The notes below the pieces were generated by a model. That model was not told the DNA's origin. It saw only the letters and a program-made list of their open reading frames with translations, and searched no databases. Positions 11,101-22,700 of a stretch of 64,000 bases of DNA are shown piece after piece (position 1 is the first letter of the stretch; each line of letters starts with the position of its first letter). Source of the stretch: Podarcis tiliguerta (taxonomy: Eukaryota); NCBI GenBank assembly GCA_965153285.1, contig OZ229117.1. One strand, given 5' to 3'. The position numbers and the translations under genes were made by a program.

Positions 11101-11208
11101 GACTATGAGCTGCAGCTGATGACATACCGTGCGTTTGTGGAATCTCAGCAAAAGTCTCCCGTGAAGCGCCGGCGCATGCTTTCCTCCTCCGATGCCGTCA
11201 CGCAGGAG
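11101..11208 (+). CDS. MACF1: MACF1 exon w10 ([36 protein letters not shown])
   Basis: gtcag|GAC ... GAG|gtgagg; 108 nt, phase 0-0. Confidence 0.95.
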
Positions 11209-12576
11209 GTGAGGGGTCTGGCCGCTGCTGGCTAGTGTGTTCTCTAGGCTGGAAGTGGAGTGGGGCAGGGGAGGCGAGGGCTTGCTCAGTTTCCTGAGTA
11301 GATGGACATGTGGCACTCCTGCCTCTCCTCCTGAACCCGTGTGTAAAAGTTTCCACCCTCACTGTCTTTTCTGTCAGCCACAGAGGCTCTAAGCTCTAAG
11401 CATCAGGGTCTGGCATACGTAGACTTCTTGGAACCACGGGTTCAAATCCCTACAGGGATCGACCCAGCTCTGCCACCTGCAAGGTAAATAAAGAGCACCA
11501 TGCAGTTCGCTGTGTGTGGATCTTTTGGATGAGTCCAAGGGTGCTTCCAGATGGGTGTTTGGTTATCAGATTGGTGCTTCTCATGCATGCACAGTGTTTT
11601 TGCAGCATCCCCAAGACATTGTCAGCATCAAAATGCTAGCCTATATCCCCCTTTGCCCCCCATGTTATCTGGATTTTTATTTAAAAAAACCCTGTTGCCA
11701 ACCACCCGTTTGCAAATTAAGCCCCTGTCTGGAAGCATCCAAAGAAAAAGAGCCAGCAAGAGAAATCTCAACTGGCTGTTGCTCCATATGGAAGCCTGGG
11801 GTGCTGAGCAAGTTGCCTCTTTGAGTTTCTGCACTGAGTTTGTGTTGGGGGTGGCCCCAAGTGAGGTTTTTTGTTCTTTGCTTCCACCCTGATTAAACAG
11901 ATTGGGGCTCTGCTTCTTAGGATCATAGAATTGTAGTGTTGAAAGGGATGCTGAGGGTCTTGAAAATCTGGCCTTTTCCTGCAGACCTCAGAGCAAATTG
12001 TTCCCTGGTAGCCTTGCACAGGACCACTTTACAAGGCTAGAATTCCTTAGTTTTAGCAGTCTTCCACACAGCCAGAGAGAGAGAGAGAGAGAGTGTGTCT
12101 TGGTCCTGCTGGCAGAAGTGGGCTATTTCAGGATATGAGGGTCTTCCTCACCCTAACATTTTGGGGGAAAGAGATGTACACGAGAGAAGCATCCTGATTT
12201 CACATCCATGTGCAAAATGGCAGAGTTCTTCTTCCAGCTAGAAACCACCCTGGGATGGCTCTCAAAGCTGCCTTTCCTCCTTGAAAAGCAGAGAGGCTAT
12301 CTTCAGCATTTCTTCCTTCTCCCGTTCCGTATTTAACTGTTATTTTAAGATGCACACATGCTCTGTCTCCAAGATTGCTGCACTTCGCTGGCTCTGTAGA
12401 AATGTCCATCAGATTGTGCAGTGAGTGGGGGCATTTCCCTGTTCTCCAGAATGAGAAAGGCTGCATGTTCGGAGCAAAGTGGGAAGTTGGATGCTCTGTC
12501 ATTCATTGGCTTTAACAACCATGTTCTTTGTGGTGTTGTTTTTCTCTTGTGTTCTCTCTCCACCCCACCCTTCCAG

Positions 12577-12675
12577 TTCATGGACCTGCGCACACGCTAC
12601 ACAGCTCTGGTCACATTGACCACGCAGCACGTGAAGTACATCAGTGATGCTCTCCGGCGCCTGGAAGAGGAAGAA
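12577..12675 (+). CDS. MACF1: MACF1 exon w11, end of plakin domain ([33 protein letters not shown])
   Basis: ttccag|TTC ... GAA|gtaagg; 99 nt. Confidence 0.96.
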
Positions 12676-13387
12676 GTAAGGATATATTTTATAGTGGCTG
12701 CTCTGTGGTGGCTGCATCGTGAATCCATTGAGGCTAGTCAGTGGTTTCCCCCCATGTGATCTTGGGAGTTTTAGTCTCTTTCCTTTGAAGGCATCAGGGC
12801 TGCAACAGTTAGAAGGGCTCTTTGGTTGGCATAGAGTCACAAAACCATCAGCTTCTTGCTAATACTTGCAGTCATTCCTTTCCCTAAGCCTTATGTGAGG
12901 AGTTGTTCTTTTCTAACCATCTCTCTCCCTTGCCCTTCCTTAACCCAATATAGTTGCCATTTAGTTTTTTCCTCAAGGACCCACCACTTCTCTCTATGTA
13001 TACTTTAGGCCCTTGCTTTTCAGTCCCCTGTCCAGAGATTTTCCCACTTAATCCCCCTCCCCCAAACTCCTGTGTTCACACATTATCCATCTGCCTCCCC
13101 ACCAACACTGTATTCTTACATTGTATGTAACCTCCAACCAGCTTAACTTTAACTTCACCCACAGAATCTACACTGTGTCAGTGTTTTGTTCTTAATACAT
13201 CTATCCCAAGCAAGTGAGAATATTTGTGAGCATTCTGTAGCATAACAGCTTAGCTAATATCTAGCAAAGCCTTACTGGCATGGAGCCAGCACATTTTTTA
13301 GCATGTTATGCCTATAAGAAGTATTTGATTATGTTGCATACATTTATGTGGCCATATTCCATCTCTCTCTCTTTTTTCTTCTTGCAG

Positions 13388-13540
13388 AAAGTTGTGGAGG
13401 AGGAGAAGCAAGAGCATGTGGACAAAGTGAAGGAACTCCTGGGCTGGGTCATGGGTTTCAAACAGAGTGCACAGTTCAAAAGTGTCCCACCGAAGGGCAA
13501 AGAGCTCGGAGATATTGAGAAGTCCATCTTGGAGCAGCAG
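13388..13540 (+). CDS. MACF1: MACF1 exon w12 (KVVEEEKQEHVDKVKELLGWV..DIEKSILEQQ)
   Basis: ttgcag|AAA ... CAG|gtgtgt; 153 nt. Confidence 0.94.
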
Positions 13541-14067
13541 GTGTGTAAGGGCAGGGGGTGCTTCTCACTTCCTTTGATCCTTTTACATTGTGTGTCAGCA
13601 ACACCAGACTAAGCCTAGGTCAATCCTGCTGGGTTTATCTCTCTAGTGGGCAGTAGGACATCACCAGGTGGGTTGCTAACTCCCAGTCACTTGAAGAAGG
13701 CAGAAAACGTCATTTCCACTGGATGTGAGCTCCTCCACTTCCTCAGGGGCTCAGTTCATTTTCTGCTTTGCTTGAAGTTGGATTTATTTTTTCATTTTTG
13801 TTCTTCTGGCCTTAATGAACAAACGGTTGTGTGAGTTTTTGCCTGAATAAACCTCTATCCTTCTGGAAATAGTCACTGATTTTTGTCTGTTTTCCCCCCT
13901 TCTCTCTCTGATGCTGTTTTCTTCAGAAAGAATTCTCTGCTTCAAATATTACTCCAAATGGAGGTTCATTCCTTTTACTAATTAGCTGGTTTCTTAAATC
14001 CCCAAATTATAACTGTGACCTATTTTGAACTTCTGATATTTTTTTTTAAGACAATAGCTGATTAATT

Positions 14068-14480
14068 CTTTTTTTTTAATAATATTTATTAAAAGTTTTA
14101 TAGTTACAAAAAAAAGTATGAGAGAAAAAAAGCAATAAAAAGTTTAACAAACAATACATCGAAAATAAAAAGAAAGAACAATACATCAAAACAACAAGAA
14201 AAAACAAAAACATTTAAAAAACACATCCAATTTCCATATCTTTATCTTTCATTTACTTATTTCCTCGACTTCCTCGCACCTCCCTTTTTTGTATTCTAGT
14301 TCAAATTAGGTAATTCAGCAAATCCTTTCCCTCTATCTCAATTTTTTGTTCTATAATTTATCTTAACACAATCTAACTTTAAACTTTCCACTTTAACCCA
14401 TTAACAATCAGTTTTTGCTTAATTCTTTATAACATTTCTGCTAAAACCATATAACTTCATTCCAGTATTTTTCTAACATT
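14068..14480 (-). mobile_element. AT-rich poly(A)-tailed retroelement 3' UTR, probably L1-like, antisense
   Basis: T-run at 14068-14078 next to tttatt (AATAAA on - strand); abrupt drop in GC content; no TSD found. Confidence 0.55.
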
Positions 14481-14556
14481 GAAGCCCTTGAGCTTCTTCC
14501 AGTGCTTGGACATGTGTCACTAGATCTTAGAGATGTGTCACCCTTTTTCTCATCAG

Positions 14557-14645
14557 GTTCTAAATGAGGAATTGGTTACAAAGCAGGAGCAAGTCTCGGA
14601 AGCTATCAAAACTGCTCAGATCTTCCTTGCAAAGCATGGACACAA
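14557..14645 (+). CDS. MACF1: MACF1 exon w13 (VLNEELVTKQEQVSEAIKTAQIFLAKHGHK)
   Basis: catcag|GTT ... AA|gtgagt; 89 nt, phase 0-2. Confidence 0.94.
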
Positions 14646-15148
14646 GTGAGTTGGGAGAACGTCAGAAAGAATTAAATTTGTTTGCTTTATTGCAGATTTA
14701 GTTGTTGCAAAGGATGGAGTTTAAGCTTGCATTTTCCCTATTTTTAAATTCACTTAACTTCTCACAGTGTTTTATGCTGTCATCCTGAGAAAACAAAGAT
14801 GGAAATTTGAAATGGATGTCCTGTAGAAACACAGGAGCTAGGGAGGAAATTTACAGGCTGTCGTTGCTGATGGGGTGTTTTTTACTTGACCACAGAGGTG
14901 TTAGTTTGCACCTCAATGAGGCAGCACATGCTTTGAATGTATAAGGTGCCAGGGTTGACCTCTGCATCAGGATTCCTGGAGCCTGCCAGTTGGAGTAAGC
15001 AGTATAGGGCTAAATTGGCCACTTCCTCCACTCAATATATTGCAGGCCTGAAGGTATATTGCAACCCATAATCTTAGCAGGCATCCTTTTAGGGTTTTAC
15101 AATTGCCATGCTTATATCAAGAGATGTCTCTTATGTGCCAACCTGCAG

Positions 15149-15284
15149 GCTTTCTGCCCAGGAGAAGGAACACATTGTGACCCAGCTGAATGACCTCAAG
15201 AAGACTTATGACCAGCTGTGCTCTGACTCCACCGAACATCTCCAGCAGCTCCAAAGTCACATGGCCCAGGAGACCGCCCATAAG
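15149..15284 (+). CDS. MACF1: MACF1 exon w14 (LSAQEKEHIVTQLNDLKKTYDQLCSDSTEHLQQLQSHMAQETAHK)
   Basis: ctgcag|G ... AAG|gtatcc; 136 nt, phase 2-0. Confidence 0.94.
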
Positions 15285-16898
15285 GTATCCCTCCTCTCTC
15301 CATCCCAGGATCCTCCCCAGTTTGTGATATTCTTTCTTTCCCTCCCCAGGGGTGGGAGAGAGAATCTGTTCTTGGCAGCACTTGTCCCTTCATCCACAGC
15401 CCTGATGGCTTTTGAAAATCCTTATTAGTCAGCTCCATCCCATTCTCCCCCATCTTCTGCATTCTGAAGAGGTTCCTCCTTTGCTGAGTTGGTTTCTGAA
15501 GGACAAGACAAGAGAGAGTTTCATAAACTTGTTGATTTGGGCGGATGACAGACTAGGGTTGCCAGACTCCTTGCCCATGGAGGGCTCCTGTGCCTTTGGA
15601 ATACTCAGATTCCTTTGCAACCATGCTAAAGTGAAGAGGAAAGCTGCTAGCTGATGCATTCTCTTAGGAAAAAATATAAGACTTTGGCCACCCCACCTTG
15701 TTTCTTCAGCTGTACTCTGAAAATGAGTGCATTCCCCATGTAATCTGGGACTGGAGATTTCCAAGGATGCCTTTCACCTATGGTGATGATAATGATGAAT
15801 TCCATTATAAGCTTTGCAGCACTGCCACAAAATAAGTTTTCAACATGACTTTAAAGGCATAAATTACAGTAGCCTAGAGTTTTGCAGACCCAGTTTAGGT
15901 GAAGAGTTCAGGTGTCAGGGGCAGGTAAGTAGGCAGGTAGCAAAGAAAAGAGAGATAGAAAGAGAGAAAGGATCAGAGGCTGTTCCAAGACCCAGTAGCT
16001 CTTTAATGGCTGGGCCAGCTCTGCTACTAACAGTTATGATTGGGGGTGTGGGGGGAGAAGCTAAGGGAGGCAAGTGAGGTCATGGAGTGGAAAAGAAAAG
16101 CCAGCAAAGGGAACCAAGAACCTGACTTAAGTATAATGCATGCTTCTAATCTGAAGCAAACAAGAGGAAAACAAATCTCTTTCTCCCCCTCCTCACCTCC
16201 CCACCCTCATGGGATGACAGGGCTGTGTTATTCCAATAATAGGATACTTCACTGCCAGAAAATATTTCATACATTTCTTCCACACACTTCTGAGCTCCAC
16301 TTTATGCCACCCTCCCTTCTGGCAAAAATGTCTTTGAACACCTGTTCCATCTGTGTTTCTTGGTTTGTTCTTCTGGAGTCCTGCCTGGGTATACTCTGTA
16401 TATTACATGTACGTAAGTGTGGTATTCATGTGTCCAATGCAATATGTATATCTGTGTGGAGTTATGTTTTGACGCTTGCTACCTCTCTGTGTCTTGAAGC
16501 ACTAACGAACCTATTAAAGCAGGAAGAAAGCCCTGTTGCCCTTTTAGTATTTGGGCTAAAGCTTGTATGGGATGGCAGCATTTCAGTAAATATAACCACT
16601 TCTGTCACTGAAACATTAAAATGTTGTTTTAGATATATATCAGTTGCCCCCTGATCTGAAGACCACCATATCATCTGCCTTCCTGTAGCACCAGCTTTAC
16701 AGGGGTGTGAGGTTCCATGGAAAAGGCCAAACTGATCTGCTCACGTTGTTCCCTCTTGTAACTCACTGGGAGCCAACACACTTTGATTCTGGCTGCCCAC
16801 TGCAGGAGACGCGTGTGACCTAGCAGGGGTCTAAAGAAGAAAGGCCAGAGTGGAGCAGAGTGACCAGAGAGGAATGGATTTTCCCAAGGAAGCTGTAG

Positions 16899-17040
16899 AC
16901 CTGTTGTCACCAATGTGGCTCCCTCCAGATGCTTTGGACTGGAACTTCTGTCAGCCCCAGCCCCGTGTGATTGTGTTGACTGGGGCGAATGGGGCTGTAG
17001 CCCAAAACATCTGGAGGGTACCAGGTGGGTGAAAGCTGCT
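16899..17040. mobile_element. Palindromic MITE family A copy
   Basis: ccctccagatgctttggact.. / ..agcccaaaacatctggaggg. Confidence 0.8.
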
Positions 17041-19739
17041 TTTAGATGTCTCCACCTTTTACTTTGGTTTGAGTGTGTCACAATTGTAGGAATCCTTTGG
17101 GGAGCCATTTGAAAACCTTTTTTGCTCATGGAAGAATCTCTAGATCTTGGTTGAAAATGTCTGGTTCAAAGTAATGGGAAACTGCACGCCAAAACCAAAA
17201 TGACAGAACTCTCTGCATTGAGCATGATGTGTCCCTGTTTGGTTTGTGTTCATGTGGAATTACTGTTCAGATTAACTGCCATCCTTGCTTCCAATTATGT
17301 GTTGTCGTTTTTTAAAACTAACAATCTGGAGGTCACACCAAAAGCCTCACTCAGGAAATGAGAAAAAGTGGTGTGTGTGTTTTGGGGGGGGATATTGTTC
17401 TTTCTACTTTTTTGTGCAAAACAAACAGTCGCATGCCGGATGCTAACACCCCCCAGCTTTTACACTGTGTGTGCCATACGGCTGAGCTGCTCCATAAAGG
17501 CTCTGTCTTCTTTCACTGCTCACGGCAAACCCCACAACTCTGGTAAGTAAAAAGCCTTTTATGACTCCTGTCCTTCCCCTCTTTTCTCTCTCTTTTCTTC
17601 TCTTGCTGATTTTAATATCTGGATGTGCATGTTTGGAGTCTTGGTTGTGGTGCAAGAAGGCTTTGTAGGCCTTTCCACCCTGCCCCTGCCCTGCTGGTCC
17701 ATGAAATGGAGCTTTGTCAGGGCCACCTCTTAGCTCTGCCAATTTGGAGCCAGAAAGAGCACAGCCTCTTCTTAGGAAGTCTGGGTGCCTTATCAGGCTT
17801 GTCTGCCTGCAAGCTGCACCCATGGTCTGGATGGCAAGCAGGCCTCCATGGACATAGTGAAGTCCAGTCCCCAGCCAATATGGCATCTGTACCACTCCCC
17901 CCAAATATGGGTTTATGTGCAGTGCAGGCCAGAGATGGCCAAGGTGTGGCGATTCCATAAGTCTACTTAGTGCTACACCCCCCTCCCTTTTCCCAGCTAA
18001 ACTACCTTCACCAGATTTCCAATTTAGCGCAAAAGTGCAGGTAAAGAGTCCATGAAATTCCCATTGTGTGCTCTAGGGGGTAGAGTTCTGGGCATATTGG
18101 GAGGCTCTTAGTTCAAACTGCAGCATAGCCATAATCTCAACTGCAGTGTCCTTGGGTAAGTCACTTCAAGTCATTTCTATAAATATCTGTGGTCTCCACT
18201 ACATATATTCTGTCATCCTTGGAACTGACATCCCCCCTTTTGTATCTCCTCAAAGGAGTATCGTTATGCTCCTTCCCTCCATCAGGGGTGGGGGTGGGGT
18301 TAGGCTCAGCTTTTGAAAACTTCCTGAAATGAGCCTGTGACCTAGTTTGCACACAGTGCTAAATTTGGTGCCTTGTGCCAGCTCTGCCAAGTAGCTTAAT
18401 TTGTTTTCTTCTAACAATCCATGATTTCAATCCATGGTTTATTGTTCACTTACAAACCTTTGTTTGTTTTAACTATGGCCTGGTGTTACAGGCAAACTCA
18501 GCATCCTTCCTTTGCCATGGTTTGTTTCAGTCAAATGTTCAACAAGGCAAGAGGAGTTAGAAAGCAAACCAAACTTTTGAGGAATAAATTGTGCCTTGTT
18601 TGACCATCTGTTAACTTGTAGTTGACTGGTGGGTTGTTAAGTAAACTGTGGCTTAATCAAATCATGGCTTAGAATCGTATGCAAACCAGCTTATGTTTGG
18701 AAGAAACGCATTGAGATGTGTTGGTCTCCTTTCACCATTAGTTTACCAGCTAAAGCATCTTATCTGCAGAATACAGTAGTTGTACTGGATGAGCCGAAAG
18801 CGCCTCCTGGCTCGCCCTTCCTGTAACTGCAATTGTGATGGAGAGATGACTAATGGCAGACAAGCTGGGTCCTTCAGGCAGTTTGTCTTCCATGATCTGC
18901 CTCCGCACAGAAGACTAAGGAATCTCAGGGATGTTGTTGGGAAATCACTGCTAGATGTAGGTGTGAGCAGTGTCTGAGGTCCTTGTTGCACCTTGATACC
19001 TGTTCAAGTTGGTTCCAGTGTTTTCACACACACACACCCCTTGCCCATAGTACTTGCTTATTCTAGGCTGGATTTTGACATGTCATGAGACAGGGCTCTG
19101 AAGCCTTCTGAAACACCATGGTGAGGGTGAAAGTTGTGCTGAAATGTGAGAGGCTCCCATTTAAGTGGTCAGAGGAAAGAACTCAATGGCATGGCTGCCT
19201 CTTCTTCCATGGTCTGCCACTTTTCATGCCTGTGTGTGGGTACTAAGCTTATGGGAAGCTTGAGGAGGGGGCTAAGCTTGTGCCCCTTCCCCTCCTCTCT
19301 TTCCCTTTGCTTCCTGTTGGTGACCCTGTCTTGTGGCTCTTCTGTGCAACCTGTCTCTCTTTCTGCATATATAAATGCCAAAGGGTGGCGAGTGCATGGC
19401 ACTCTCTCTCTTTCCCCATCTGTCTTTGTATCTTTATGTGGAACATCCTGGCCACTCGGTCCATCTCGCTGCTTTGGCTGCTTTGCTCCTCTTGATGGGT
19501 GTCCGAAATGTCTCAGAGTAGCCACTTATGGCTGGCTAGATTGAGCTCCAAACAACTTCCGAAACCAAAATCTTAAAAGAAAAATCCTTATCCATTGGGA
19601 AAATCTGCTCTCTAGTACCTTAAAAGACTGAGACATCATTGGACTTGGGGGTGCTTTATAGTTAACAAACACCTTCATAGTGGCTTCTCTGTTCTTGAAC
19701 TTTTTTCCTCTTTCTCCCCTCTCCCCTCCCTCTCTTCAG

Positions 19740-22700
19740 GGAATTGAGACTGTGGCAGGAGTGCTGGACCTTGGCACGATGGAAGTCTTTTCTGTTTGGG
19801 GGGCCATGCAAAAAGGTCTCCTAGACCAAGAAACAGGCCTTATACTGCTGGAAGCCCAGGTGATCACAGCTGGCCTTGTGGTTCCCAATACCAGTGAAAA
19901 GCTCCCTTTGGCAGAAGGCCTGGCACGAGGCATCATAAACGACAGGATCTACAAGCTACTGGAGGAACTGCAGAGTGCCGTCCAGCTGGTAGACAACACA
20001 GATGCCAAAGGGAAGCAGCTTCTTCCACTTATGGCTGCAATGGAAGATGGAACCATCAGTGAAAGCGTTGGGCTGAAAATCGCAGAAGTGCAGATTCTCA
20101 CTGGTGGGTTTATAGACTCTTCCAGCCAAGGCAGGATCAGCTTAGAAGAGGCTCTTCAAAGAGGAAGCATTACCACCCGCCTTCATGGGAAGTTGGTTTC
20201 CCGTCTGAGGTCTTGCAAGGACTTGATTGACCCCAATTCAGCCAAGAAAATTAGCTTGAGCAACCTGATGGAGCAGTGCATCCTTCACCAGGAGACAGGA
20301 TTGAGGCTGCTCCCAGTGAAACAGCTGGCAGGTGGGATGGTGAGCTTAACTTCAGGCCGAAAAGTGAGCATCTTCCGTGCAGTTCAGGAAGGACTAATAG
20401 AGAAGCAGGTGACTGTGAGGTTGCTGGAAGCACAGCTCTTTGCTGGTGGCATTGTGGACCCCAAAAGTGGCCACCGGCTGACTGTGGATGAAGCCATAAG
20501 ACATAATCTGATTGACCAAGATCTGGCTTGTGCCCTTCTGGTCCGACAGCTGCAGACAGGTGGCATTATAGATACGGTTACAGGAGATAGGCTTTCGCTG
20601 GATGAAGCAGTGAGGAAAGACTTAGTAGCATCAAGAATTGCTGTAGTGATTCTAGAATCCCTTTGGTCTTTTATGGGTCTTCTGCAGCCCAAGTCAGGGG
20701 AGATTCTCCCTGTTACAGATGCCCTGGAGCAGGGCATTTTGTCTTCTGAGCTAGCCCATAAGATTCTAAGCAAACGGCAACACATTGAGGCACTTTTCAT
20801 ACCCCAAAGCAGAGAGATCCTGACCTGGGAGAAAGCTGCTGATCGTGGGATTCTGGACAGAGATGCCATCGAGAAACTGAAATCAATCCACCTTCCTGAT
20901 GTCATGCCAAACATGCCCCTTGCAGATTCTCCAAGCAGGGAGGAAAGGAGTATCCCCCCCTCAGATAGCCCAGGGGACGTTACGAACCAAAGCAAATGTC
21001 CACTAAGAAGCTGCGAAGAACGGACACTGTTTCATTTGATGACTCACAGCTATGTCAACATCAGCAATGGCCAAAAATTGCTGCTTGTAGATGGGGAGTT
21101 AAGTAACCTTGCTGAAATGCTTGTTGCAGCTCAAGATAATGGATCTAATGCCCATCCCTTAAAAACTAGTGAAAGCCAACCCCAACAATGGGATGATTTT
21201 GAAGACGGGAAGACAATAACTGTGGTTACTAAACCCCATAATGAATTTGCTTTGAAGGACTTTGAATTTAATTTATCTGTGTCCAAAGAAGAGCTTGAAG
21301 GATATATGCCCTCAGAAATTTGTCCATCTAACAAAACACTTGAAATAGAAATTGGAAAACTTCCAGTGAAAGAAATAGAATATGTGAATGTAAAGATGCC
21401 AGAGGTGGAAGTGGATCCTGTGGGAGACCTTAAAAGTGAAATGGATGAGTCCAGAAGAGAGCAAAACCTGACGACAAACCAGAGCAGGGATGAAATTGAA
21501 CTGCCAGGGTCCAAATCCATCAAGGACTCCAGCTTTGAAATGGAATCCACAAATGTGGAGATCTCGTGGGAAAATGTTACGTTTGCAAAAATGCAGGCAG
21601 AAGAGATGGTTTTCAAAGAGTGGGAGACTGGTATTGAAATATATCCTGTTGAAAAAGAAACCGTTATATCTACTGTTGATTTGGAGAAACTAGAGGAATC
21701 TCAAAATTTGAAGGATAATGCTATTGAAAATGTCACTCTTGCAGCAGAAGATGCAGCAGGTGCTGACTCTGTGAACTGGCTAAGTATTAGAAAAGTGAGA
21801 AATGAATCAGTTGAAAGTCTTCATCATGCTGAAGGGAAATCTACAGATGACCATATTATGGAAGAACAGTTGAGTACAGAAGGAAAAATGGACCATTTCC
21901 ATCAAACTGATAGTTCTTCATCACCAAAACTGTCCACAGACTTGGGAGAAGACAACACCCTTAAAATATTGCTGATGCAGCTTCAGGATGGTGGCATAAT
22001 TCATGAACAGACAGGGAAGAAGATGCTCCTGGATGAGTCCATTGCCTGTGGAGTTGTACCCAGCCATACAGCCATCAAACTGATGGACAAGATGAAAATA
22101 TTCAGTGGCTTCTTTGATGCGGAGACCTGTGAATCATTAACCACCGAAGAAGTAATTGGTGAAGGACTGATGGATGAGAAACTAATGCAGAAGGTGCTAG
22201 CATCTGATCAAGCCATAAGTGGTGTTATAGATCCACTTCGAAAAACCATTCTCTCCATCAAGGATGCATCTGACGTTGGTCTCTTGGACAAAGAAACCGC
22301 TGCACGAATCCTGGAAGGGCAAGTTGTTACCGGTGGGATTGTTGACTTCAAGCGTGGCAAGAAAATGTCAGTCACATTGGCTTCTAACCATGGCCTCATA
22401 CAGCAATCTACCCAAGAAGATCTTAAGAAACTAGAGAAAGCATCTAAGGGGAAAGGTGCTGACGATGCAACCAAAGAGAAGCTAATCACTTTGCAGGCTG
22501 AAATAGGAGGCGTCTTAGATCCTAAAACTAAAGAACCTTTGACAATCACACAGGTTGTGGAAAAGGGATTTCTCACCAAGGAGAAAGCCTTCCAACTCCT
22601 GACCAAGCAGATAGCTGATGGAGGGATTATTCACCACAAGACAGGCTTGAGACTTTCTGTGGAGGATGCTGTGGAACATGGATTGATTGACCAAGGCTTC

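Noticed and set aside
16040-16654. 204-aa intronic ORF with nearby cactaac and gtaagt motifs
   Set aside because: No recognisable domain, and I could not pair a good acceptor with a good donor in frame.
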